NCBI GenBank assembly: GCA_030390025.1
Contig: CM059431.1
Coordinates: 139,068,001-139,132,000, forward strand
Direction: 5' to 3'
DNA: 64,000 bases
From: Squalus acanthias
Taxonomy: Eukaryota
Made by a program: the position numbers and the translations under genes. Positions 1 through 10,940 of this stretch are shown one piece after another (positions within the stretch are counted from its first letter, which is position 1; each line of letters starts with the position of its first letter). Below the pieces are notes generated by a model. The model was given only the letters and a program-made list of their open reading frames with translations, did not search any database and was not told where the DNA came from.

Positions 1-517
1 GAGGGAGACTGTGAGTGACAGACAGAGAGACCGTCAGTGAGAGAGAGAGACATGAAATCAAAAGGCAAGTTGCAGAATAGAAAGCCTGTTTCTGTCTGCC
101 ACAAAGTGGAAGGATAAGGTACTGAAAAGTGTCTTTTTGGTTTTAATCTTCCAACACAACAGTTATCCTTCTGCACGCTGGCCATGGTGTGTGTGAGTGT
201 GTGTGTGTGAGAGAGAGGGCAAAAGCAGGTGTTTGTGTGAGATGTGGTCTGGTGTTTTATTAGCTGCTGTTGTTGTATTAAACCCGATTTATTTCATTCT
301 GGACTGATCCACATGTAATGGTGTTGTGTATCACTTCATTGCACTTTATTTCACTTCACTTCAAGTCAGTGAGATATTGAAAAGTTTCTTTGTGGACTGT
401 CTTACAGTAAAAGCTGCTGTGGCATCTTTGCATTCTTTTTATTCCACTCCACTCAAATCAAGACAAGGCAGGCAGGCAGTGAGAGAGACACATGAAATCA
501 AGACAACATGCAGAATA

Positions 518-737
518 GAAATAATAACAGAAAATGCTGGAAATACTCAGTAGGTTAGGCAGCATCTGTGGCGAGAGAGAGAAACAGAGTAAGTGTGTTA
601 GGTCGATGACCTTTCGTCAGAACCTTGCCAGAATCTGACGAAAGGTAATCGAGCTGAAACATCAACTCTATTTCTCTCTCTCTCCACAGATGCTGCCTGA
701 CCTGCTGAGTATTTCCAGCATTTTCTGTTTTTATTTC
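518..737. mobile_element. Palindromic (fold-back) Penelope-like-derived element with minimal hammerhead ribozyme motifs
   Basis: About 100-bp inverted arms (acagaaaatgctggaaatactcag...ctgagtatttccagcattttctgt) around a 14-nt spacer. CTGACGA at 635 is followed by an imperfect stem II and GAAAC at 656. Confidence 0.75.
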
Positions 738-928
738 AGATTTCCCACATACACAGCATTTGCTTTTGATGCAGATTAGAAAGCCTGTTTCTGTAGGCCA
801 TAAAATGAAAAGATAAGATACTGAAAAGTGTCTGTTTGCTTTTAAACTGATGAACACAGCAGAGGAATGATATAAATCAACTTTCTTTCATTGCTGAAAG
901 TGTTTTGTGGCTATTTTGCAGGCTGGCC

Positions 929-961
<33 letters not shown>

Positions 962-1968
962 CAGACAGACAGCAAAAGCTGGCGTGTATGCAGGGCTTGT
1001 TTGTGTTCGAGTTACCTGCCATGTGCTTTAGTACTGCATCTCATGCCTGAAAACAGAATGTATACACCATCAGAACATACTGATTTTATTCCATTCTGCA
1101 CTGCTGTGAGATCTTACTTTTTCTTTCTCTCAAGAATTTTGTAAAAAGCAAGGCTACATATATACATCAAGCCATTTGATATTTTTCTGGACTGGACCTT
1201 ATAGGGGAATGTTTGTGAAGTGTTTCATGGCATTTCCTGTTGTGGGATCTTACTCTCCCCTTCAGCCCAACACAAACAAGACAAGACTTTTGTAAAAAAA
1301 AATGAGTATATGTTATATATTTTTAATTATTTTCAGAATAATCCATTTGAATTTTTTCTGGACTGGGCTTTATTGGGGAATGTGCGTGGGGTGTTTTCAG
1401 AGCAAAAGCTGCTGTGGGATCTTTCCATTCATTTTATTCCACTCCATGCAAATCACAGACATGCAGCCATTTAGTTAACAAAAGTAAAGTATATATATAT
1501 TATTTATTCCTCATTGTATTTACTTCTTTTCACTCTCTCAGGCTTTCATTTCCTCTCGGGGGCCCGGATTTCTCATCAAAAATTGACACTCCCAGGCTAC
1601 ACCACTTTCAAAGTGAATATGTGCGTGTGTGAGTGTCAGTTTCTGCAAATTGCAGAGTCTGTGTGAGGCTGTGTGTCATGTCACTGTAAATTTTAGTTCA
1701 ATGTGGATGGGAGGGAGAGTGTGAGTGAGAGAGAGACACACAGACAGTCAGTGAGAGGGAAATACATGAAATCAAAAGGCCAGATGCAGAATAGAAAGCC
1801 TGTTGCTGTAGGCCGCAAAGTAAAAGGATAAGACACTGAAAAATATTTTGTGGCGCGTCCGATAGTAAAAGCTGCTCTGGCATATTTGCATTCTTTTTAT
1901 TCCACTCCACTCAAATTGAGACCAGGCACGCAGTGAGAGACATATGAAATCAAGACACTATGCAGAAC

Positions 1969-2187
1969 AGAAATCAAAATAGAAAATGTTGGAAATACTC
2001 AGCAGGTCAGGCAGCAACTGTGGAGAGAGAGAGAAACAGAGTTAATTCAGCTCGATGACCTTTCGTCAGATTCTGGCAATGTTCTGACGAAAGGTCATCA
2101 ACCTGAAACATTAACTCTGTTTTTCTGTCTCTCAACAGTGGCTGCTTGAACTACTGAGCATTTCGAGCATTTTTTGTTTTTATTTCA
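1969..2187. mobile_element. Second copy of the palindromic hammerhead-bearing element, core inverted relative to the first
   Basis: Same arms. CTGACGA-aaggtcatcaacct-GAAAC at 2084-2109. The spacer attctggcaatgtt is the reverse complement of the copy-1 spacer, with 1 mismatch. Confidence 0.75.
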
Positions 2188-3171
2188 GATTCCCCACTTC
2201 CACAATATTTTGCTTTTGATGTAGAATAGAGAGCCTTTTTCTGTAGGCCGCAAAATGGAAAGAGAAGATACTGAAACGTTTTTCAGCTGTTAAACTGCCA
2301 AACACAGCAGAGCAATGATGTAAATCAACTTTCTTTCATTGCTGACAATGTTGTGTAGCAATTTTGCAGGCTGGCCTGTGTGTGTGTGAGGGAGAGAGAG
2401 ACAGACAGACAGACAGCAAAAGTTAGTGTGTATGCAGGGCTTGTCTGATTTCAAGTTACCTGACGTGTGAATTGGCACTGCATCTCATGGCTGGAAAAAA
2501 CAGAAAGTATACACCATTAGATCATTCTGATTTCATTCCAGACCGCGCTGCTATGGGATCTTACTTTGCCTTTCTTTCAAGACTTTTGTAAAAATTAAAG
2601 CTACATATATACATCAAGCCATTTGATTTTTTTTCTGGACTGGACTTTATAGGGGTATGTTTGTGGGGTGTGTGAGAGCATATCCTGCTGTGGGATCTTA
2701 CTCTCCCTTTCATTCCCAACCCAAACAATACAAGACAAGACTTTTGTAAAAGCAAAGTATATATATTATGTTTACTTTTTTACTACCTTCAGAATAATAA
2801 ATCTACTTGATTTTTTTTCTGGACTGGGCTTTTTTGGGGAATATTTGTGGAATGTTTTCAGAGCAAAAGCTGCTGTGGGATATTTCCATTCATTTTATTC
2901 CACTCCACTCAAATCACAGACAGACATGTTGTTTACCGAAGTAAAGTATATATGTTATTATTAGATTCTTGATTAAACTTTCTTCTTTTCACCCTCTCTC
3001 CATGCCCATCTCCTGGGGCGCCAATCACCCCCTACATGCCTGTTAACCACCTCCAATCCCCCAGGCCACGACCCCAGCCCCTTGTGGTCCTGAGCTTCAC
3101 ACTCACTCACTCACTCACACAGGAGCCGAGCTGGCGAGCTGCAGCCGCCATTCCTTCCTTGCTTCCTGCAC

Positions 3172-3400
3172 CATTGCTAAAGAGCTATTATATTGCAAAG
3201 TGATATTCCATTGCAAAGTGATATTCCATTCGTAAAGGGCTATTATATTGCAAAGGACTATTATATTTCAAAATGCTACTCCATTGCAAAAAACTATTAT
3301 ATTGCAAAATGCTGTTCCATTAAACAGGTCTATTCCATTGCAAAGTGCTATTCCATTGCAAATTTCTATTCCATTGCAAAGTGCTATTCCATTAAAAGGA
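3172..3400. repeat. 18-bp minisatellite (ccattgcaaagtgctatt)
   Basis: Visible tandem units; the ORF track gives a 6-aa period (CYSIAK). Confidence 0.85.
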
Positions 3401-3409
3401 CAATTGTAC

Positions 3410-6160
3410 AATCATAGAAATTTACTGCACAGAAGGCGGCCATTCGGCCCGTCGAGCCTGTTCCGGCTCTCTGCAAGAGCACTTCACCTCGTCCAGTCTC
3501 CTACCCTTTCCTGTAGCCCTGATTTTTTTTTCCTTCACGTACTTATCCCATTCCCTTTTGAAAGCCACGATTGAATCTGCCTCCTCCACACTTTCAGGCA
3601 CTGCATTCCAGATCTTAACCACACGCTGCCTAAAAAAGTTTTTCCTCATATCGCCTTTGCTTCTTCTGCCAATCACCTTAAAGCTGTGTCCTCTTGTTCT
3701 CGACCCTTCCGCCAATGGGAACAGTTTCCCTCTATCTACGCTGTCTTCACACCTCATGATTTGGAACTCCTCTATCAAATCTACTCTCAAACTTCTCTAC
3801 TCTAAGGAGAACAACCCCAGCTTCTCCAGCCTATCCATATAACTGAAGTCCCTCATTCCTGGAACCATTCTTGTAAATCTTTTCTGCGCTCTCTCTAAGG
3901 CCTTCACATCCTTCCTAAAGTGCGGTGCCATGAATTGGACACAATACTGCAGTTGAGGCCAAACCAGTGTTTTATAAAGCTTCATCAAAACTTCCACGCT
4001 GTTCTACTCTCTGCCTCTATTTATTAAGACAAGGATCCCGTATGTTTTTTTAACTGCTTCCTCAAACTGCCCTGTCACCTTCAACGATTTGTGCACATCT
4101 ACCCCCAGGTCTCTCTGTTCATGCACCCCCTTTAGAATTGTACCCTTTAGTTTATATTGTCTCTTCTCATTCTTCCTACCGAAATGTATCACTTCGCACG
4201 TTTCTGCATTAAATTTCATCTGCCACGTGTTCGCCCATTTCCCCAGCCTGTCTATGTCCTCTTGAAGTCGATCACTATCCTCCTCACTGTTCACTATACT
4301 TTCAAGTTCTGTGTTACCTGCAAATTTTGAAATTAGGCCCTGTACACCCAAGTCCAAGTCATTAATATATATCAGGTAAAGCTGTGGGCCAGGTGCCGTT
4401 GCCTGGGGAACACCACTGCATACTTTCCTCAAGTCCGAAAAACAACCATTCACCACTACGCTCTGTGTATTCGTGTCCATGCTGCCACTGTCCCTTTTAT
4501 TCCATGGGATTCAACTTTTCTGGCAATCCTATTATGTGGCGCGTTATCAAACGCCTTTTGGAAGTCCATGTACACCACATCAACCGCATTGCCCTCATCA
4601 ACCCTCTCTGTTACCTCATCAAAAACCTCAATCAAATGTTGAAAGTATATACAGACCCTTAATTTTTCATGAAATGCTTTGCCAGGCAAAAAGCTTTTAC
4701 AAAGTGAAATAAAGTTGGTAAATGTAACAAGCAAACTTTCACTGATAAGGCAGGAAACATGGTTGTTACTGCAGGGGTTAGTGATAGTCAACAGAGATAA
4801 ACAAACCCTCTCAGATTGTAGACATGATGTCTCTGGTGATCTTTCTGAGGTGAGAAGTTAAACCTTTGAAGCTTTGAATTGCAGACACGATATAACTCAT
4901 GAACCGAACCAAGTGGTTCTCTGTCACCTTTGTAAGTAAACTTTAGGAGTGAATGAACAATTTTGGGCTGTGCTAAGGACAAACTGAATAATAGCCACAC
5001 ACGATGTGTGAGTGTAAACGTTTCACAGCTCAAACATCTCAGACCAACATTAAAGGAAGATTTCACTATCTCTGAATGAATGATTTAATGCAAAATACAA
5101 GGAAAGCTGTATAAAACACAGTCGCTAAAGAAAATCAGCACTGCAGTCAGAAGAAGGTGGCTTGGCCAGTCATCTTGCTTGTGAGGATCAAGCTGCATTC
5201 AGAGGAAGGAGGGGCCTGGTCAGTCTTTTCGTGTACGAGGACCTACAATCAACGCTGGACGGATCATCGGCGGCTGGTTGTATGTATGATTTCCTGTAAT
5301 ATTATTGGCGAACTGCTCGAATAGTGGTTGTGGTTTTGAATCTGTCTTAGGAACAATAAAAGGTTAAAGACAGAACCCGTGTGTCTGGTGTAATTTCTCA
5401 TAAGTCTAAAGTCTGAACTCTATATCCTGTTGGACGGGGCGAGGGGTAATTCTACACGTCTTTCACAAGTTAGTTATATTCGATTTGCCTTTGACAAATC
5501 CGTGCTGGCTTCCCTTAATTAATCCACACTTGTCCAAGTGACTGCTGCTTATGTCCCGGATTATCGTTTCTAAAAGCTTCCCCACTATCGGGGTTAAACT
5601 GGCTGGTCTGTAGTTGCTGGGTTTATCCTTACAGCCTTTTTTTGAACCAGGGTGTAACATTTGCAATTCTCCTTTCCTCTGGCATCACACCGGATCTAAA
5701 GAGGATTGGAAGATTATGGCCAGTACCTCCGCAATTTCTACCATTACCTCCCTCAGTATCCTAGGATGCATCCCATCCAGTCCTGGTGATTGTCTACTTT
5801 AAGTACTGCCAGCCATTCTACTGCCTCCTCTTTATCAATTTTTATCCCATCTAGTATCTCATCTACCTCCTCTTTCACTATGACTTTGGCAGCATTTCTT
5901 CCTTGGTAAAGACAGATGCAAAGTATTCATTTAGCATCTCAGCCAGACCCTCTGCCTCCATGTGTAGGTCCCCATTTTGGTCCCAAATTGGCCCCACGCC
6001 TCTTCTTACTACCCTTTTATTATTTATATGCCAATATAACACTTTTGGATTCCATTTTTTGTTAGCTGTCAGTCTATTCTCATACTCCCTTTGCCCCTCT
6101 TATTTGCTTTTTCACATCCCCTCTGAATTTTCTATATTCCCGTTATACGCAGCACCTGAT
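3410..6160 (-). mobile_element. CR1 LINE ORF2 (RT and 3' end), degraded, interrupted by a solo LTR
   Basis: Minus-strand ORFs contain NYRPASLT, QHGFVKGKS, DVVYMDFQKAFD, YINDLD, ISKFA, LERAQKRFTRM and FFRQRVVKIWN. Confidence 0.92.
4640..5465 (+). mobile_element. Solo LTR (826 bp) inserted in CR1
   Basis: Ends TGAAAG (4640) and CTTTCA (5465), with TATAAAA at 5110 and AATAAA at 5355. CR1 sequence resumes colinearly on both sides (atcaa|...|caagttag). Confidence 0.7.
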
Positions 6161-6169
6161 ATTCCGTTC

Positions 6170-6860
6170 TATTGCTGTCAATGGAACTGATCATCAGGCA
6201 CTTCGTATCCCCCTCCCTGGCCAGTGTCTCAGGTTGAACCGGACTGTTGTCCACCTCACTCTCCTGTTTGACCCTGAGCTGAGCTTCTGACCCCAGATCC
6301 TGTCCAACACAAAGACTGTGTCACATCGATCAGCTCCGCACCATCTGGCACAAAATCCTCATCCATATCTTTGTCTCCTCCAGACATGTCTAGGCCAATA
6401 CTCTCCTGAACTGCCTCACATCTTCTACTCTCCATAAACATGAGCTCATCCAAAACACTGCTGCCTGTAACCTAACTCGCACTAAGTCCGAATCGCAGCT
6501 CAAACCTGCGCCCGCTGATCTACGCTCGCTCCCGGTCCAGAAACGTCTCAATTTGACAATTCTCCATCATTGCCTCGCCTCTCCCTATCTCTGTAAACTC
6601 CCCCAACTCTACAAGTCATACAATGTGTAGTAACTGCCTTACAAGAGCAGAGATGGCGAGGTTTGTTTTTTAATATCTCCGAGAAATCTACGTTGCTCCT
6701 ACTCCGGTCTCATGTGAATCGCCCACATTTTTCAGCCCTCCATTTGTGGCAGTGCCTTCAGCTGTCCAGTCCAGTCCTCAAACTCTGGCATTAAATCCCT
6801 AAAGATCTCCATCTCTCTCCTCCTTTAAGATGCTTCTTAAAGCCTACCGGTTTGACCAAG
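6170..6860 (+). mobile_element. Degraded L2/CR1-group LINE 3' fragment
   Basis: Resembles the C-rich L2-type sequence at 48480-50385; no intact frame. Confidence 0.5.
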
Positions 6861-7284
6861 GTTTGTTCATCTGTCCTAAATTGTGCCCTGGATTTTGCAG
6901 CCAGCAGTGAATTAACAGCGCTCGCTGTTCATTACACTACCTCTTGCCCACAGATTTTCTCCGGGTTTTGCTCAGGAATTTTGGTGAATAGAAATCCAAA
7001 ACAGCGCGGCGCCCTCTACAGGGGATCTGGGTCCCGGGTGAACAGGTCAAGCAACTGTGCATCTCCTCAACCAATCAGATTAGAGAATCCTTACTGAAAA
7101 ACTCAGCATCTGAACCAGGAAGTGTAAATTAGAATAGTTAACTCAGAGACAAATCATGCACAGAGAACGAAATGAAGAGAGAAAAGAAAGATGTGATTAA
7201 GAGAGTGAGAGATACAAGAGACAAAAGGAAAAGTTAAAAAATATTTATTTATATATTTATTTTTTGATTTTCAACAATATTTTT

Positions 7285-8440
7285 TTTCATTCTTCGGATG
7301 TGGGCGTCGCTGTCAAGGCTAGAATTTAATGCCTATTGCTAATGGTCCTTGAGAAGGTCGTGGTGAGCCACCTTCTTGAACCACTGCAGTCCGTTTGGTG
7401 AAAGCACTCCCATAGTGCTGTTAGGAAGGGAGTTCCATGATTTTGTCCCAGCAACGATGAAGGAACGGTGATATATTTCAAAGTCAGGATCATATGTGAC
7501 TTGGACGGAAACTTGGAGATGATGGTGTTCCCATGCATCTGCTGCCCTTGTCCTTCTTGGTGGTAGAGTTTCTAGGTTTGGGAGATGATGTCGAAGAAGC
7601 CTTGGCAATTTGCTGCAGAGCACCTTGTAGATGGTGCACACTTTAGCCACTGTACACTGGTGAAAGTTTAAGGTGGTGGATGGTGTGCCTATCAAGCGAG
7701 CTGATTTCTCTTGGATGGCATCGAGCTTCGTGAGTGTTGTTGGAGGGGAACCCATCCGGGCAAGTGAAGAGTATCCCATCACACTCCTTACTTGTGCCTT
7801 CTAGATAGATGGTGGAAAGGCATTGAGGAATCAGGAGGTGAGACACACGCCGCAGAATAACCAGCCTCTGACCTGCTCTTGTAGCCACAGTAACTATGTG
7901 GCTGATCCAGTTTAGTTTCTGATCAATGGTGACCCCCCAGGATATTGATGGTGTGGGATTCGGTGATGGTAATCACGTTTAATTTCAAGGGGCGGTGGTT
8001 AGACACTCTATTGTTGGAGATAGTCAGTGCCTGGCACTTGTGTGGCGTGAATGATACTTGTCACTTATGTCGTCCAAGTATTTCTGCATGTGGACATGGA
8101 CTGCTTCAATATCTGAGGATTTACGAGTGGAACTGAACACTGTGCATTCATCAGTGATCATCCACACTTGTGACCTTATGATGAAGGGAAGGTCATTGAT
8201 GAAGCTGCTGAAGATGATTGGGCCTAAGACATTGCCCTGAGGACCTCTTGCAGCGATGTCCTGGGGCTGAAATGATTGGCCTCCAACAGCCACTAACACT
8301 TTCCTTTGTGCTAGGTATGACTGCAGCAAGTGGAGAGTTTTACCCTGATTCCCAGTTACTTCAATTTTACTAGTGCTCCTTGATGCCCCACTCGAGCTTA
8401 TGCTGTCTTGATGTCAAGCGCAGTCACTCTCACCTCACCT
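7285..8440 (-). mobile_element. CR1/L2-group LINE RT 3' portion, degraded
   Basis: GPQGNVLGPIIFSSFINDLP and WNSLP motifs; homologous to 37470-38460. Confidence 0.85.
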
Positions 8441-9129
8441 CACCTCAGAAAAATTGCCATTTGCGCAAGGGAATTCCAAATTTCTACCACCAGTTGCATG
8501 TCAAATGTTTTCCTAACTTCACTCCTAGCTCTATTTTTTACGCTCTGTCCACTAGTACTAGACTTTTCAACCATCGAAAATTGTTTCTTTCTAGCTGCCT
8601 TATTAGTTTGTCTTAATATCTCCAAACCTAATAAATCCTTCCTAAGGTGCCCAGAACTGAAACCAGTCCTCCAGCTGTGATCTAACCAGGGCTTTCTATC
8701 ACTGGAGAATAAGTAGCACACGCCTATATTGTAATCCTCTAGATGTAAACCCCAGCTTTGCATTAGCCTTGTTGATTGTTTCCGTACCTGCCCATGATAT
8801 TTTAATGATTTTTTTATTCATTGGACGTGTGGACATCGCCAGCAAGGCCAGCATTTAGTGGTGGTCGTGAGCCGCATTCTTGAATACAACTGAGTGGCTT
8901 CCTAGGCCATGTCAGAGGGCAGTTAAGAGTTAACCACATTGCTGTGGGTCTGGAATCACATATAGACCAGAACGATAGATTGGCTTCTATTAGTGAACCA
9001 GATACATTTTTGTGACAATGTGGTAGTTTTGCCATTACTGATTTATTATTTAATTGACATTTATATTTATATTTAATGGCAATTTATATTTATATACATA
9101 TATATATATATTTAAATAATTAATAGTCT

Positions 9130-9772
9130 GCACACACTCGGAGGTCGATCGCCAAACCCTCGTCAACACCTTCACCGAAGCGTACGAGAGCATGGGCCTT
9201 ACACTAAACATCCGTAAGACAAGATCCTCTACCAGCCTGCCCCGGCCACACAGTACTGCTCCACAATTATCAAAATCCATGACGAGGCCTTGGACAACGT
9301 GGAACACTTTGCATACCTCGGGAGCCTACTGTCAACAAGAGCAGACGTCGATGACGAATTCCAACACCGCCTTCAGTGTGCCAGTGCAGCCTTCGGTCGC
9401 CTGAGGAAGAGAGTGTTTGAAGATCGGGACCTCAAACCCAGCACCAAGCTCATGGTCTACAGAGCAGTAATGATAACCGCCCTCCTGTATGCCTCAGAGA
9501 CATGGACCATGTACAGCAGGCACCTCAAAGCACTGGAGAGGTACCACCAACGCTGCCTCCACAAGATTCTGAAAATCCATTGGCAGGACAGATGCACCAA
9601 CGTCAGTGTTCTCGCTCAGGCCAACATCCCCAGCATCGAAGATTCAACCACCGTCTGCCCCACCTGCTACAGCGACTGTAGGTCCCGCATTGGACTCATC
9701 AGTCACCTGAGAACTAATTTTTAGTGTGGAAGCAATTCATCCTCGGTTCCGAGGGATGGCCTAAGAAGAAGA
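9130..9772 (+). mobile_element. RTE-clade LINE 3' fragment
   Basis: VEHFAYLGS, ASAAFGRLRKRVF, LLYASETWT, terminal CxxC..SRIGLISHLRT and an (aag)n tail. Confidence 0.85.
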
Positions 9773-9879
9773 ATTTAATTGAATTTACATTCCCGAGCAG
9801 CCGTGGGGGGGATTTGAACCCATCTCTCGGGATGACCTACTAGTCGAATAACATAACCACTATACTACTGTACCCATAT

Positions 9880-10690
9880 GTACCCGGAACCCTAAGTCTT
9901 TTTGGAACTCCACTTTTTCTAGCCTTTCACCATGTAGAACGTATTCTGATGTATCCTTTTTGTTCCGAAGTGGCTGACCTCACATTTGCCAAAGCTAAAT
10001 CCAGTTGCCACAATTTTGCTCATTCTCAATCTATTAATATCTCTACGTAATTTTGTGCTTCCATCAACACTGCTTACAATGCCGCCAATCTGTTTCTTCG
10101 TCCAACTTGGATATGTGGCTCTCAATTTAATCACCTAAGTCGATAATAAATACGGTTAATAGGTGAGGCCCCAACACAGAACCCTCAGGACACCCCTAGT
10201 CATATTCTTAAAAATGAAGTACCTGCCCATTACCCTTATACTGTGTTTCCTGTCGCTCAACCCATTTCCTAACCAGGACAATAATTTGCCTTCACTTCCA
10301 TCGAGCTTCAACTTTACCCTACATTCCCTTATGAATGAATTTATCGAATGCATTTTTGCTCATGTCTTTTAGTTTTTAATGATTTGTGAACTGGGACTCA
10401 CAGACCTCTTTGCTCCTCAAGTTAATAGCTTCCCATCATTTAGAAAATACTCCGAGTTATCTTAATTGGTTCCAAAGTGGATGAATATTTGTACAATGAA
10501 CTCGATTTACCATCATTTTGCCCACTCACTTCAACTGTCTCTGTCGCTTACTACTACAGTGCCTCCAAACTTAGTGCGAACTTGGAGCTGCCGCACTCTG
10601 TTGCTCCGTCCAAGTTATTAATAAATGTGGTGAAAAGATGACGATCCAATACAGATATCTGGGGAACCGCACTTCTCACATCTGACACCG
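9880..10690 (-). mobile_element. Highly degraded CR1 fragments
   Basis: Remnant motifs KCEVSHFG and WLGNGLSDRKH in the minus-strand ORFs. Confidence 0.65.
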
Positions 10691-10740
10691 CTGCTAAAGA
10701 GCGTGTCGCTGGTGGGAGAGAGAATATTCCTCAAGTGAAG

Positions 10741-10940
10741 NNNNNNNNNNNNNNNNNNNNNNNNNNNNNNNNNNNNNNNNNNNNNNNNNNNNNNNNNNNN
10801 NNNNNNNNNNNNNNNNNNNNNNNNNNNNNNNNNNNNNNNNNNNNNNNNNNNNNNNNNNNNNNNNNNNNNNNNNNNNNNNNNNNNNNNNNNNNNNNNNNNN
10901 NNNNNNNNNNNNNNNNNNNNNNNNNNNNNNNNNNNNNNNN
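10741..10940. other. Assembly gap (200 N)
   Basis: Run of n immediately before the satellite array. Confidence 1.

Larger units (their letters stand above)
1..2990. repeat. Local tandem duplication of a complex ~1.5-1.7 kb unit with internal sub-repeats
   Basis: gagggaga..gtgagtga..catgaaatcaaaaggc..gcagaatagaaagcctgtt occurs at 1 and 1711. The downstream blocks, including the palindromic element and 'ttttattccactccac', recur in the same order. Confidence 0.85.
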
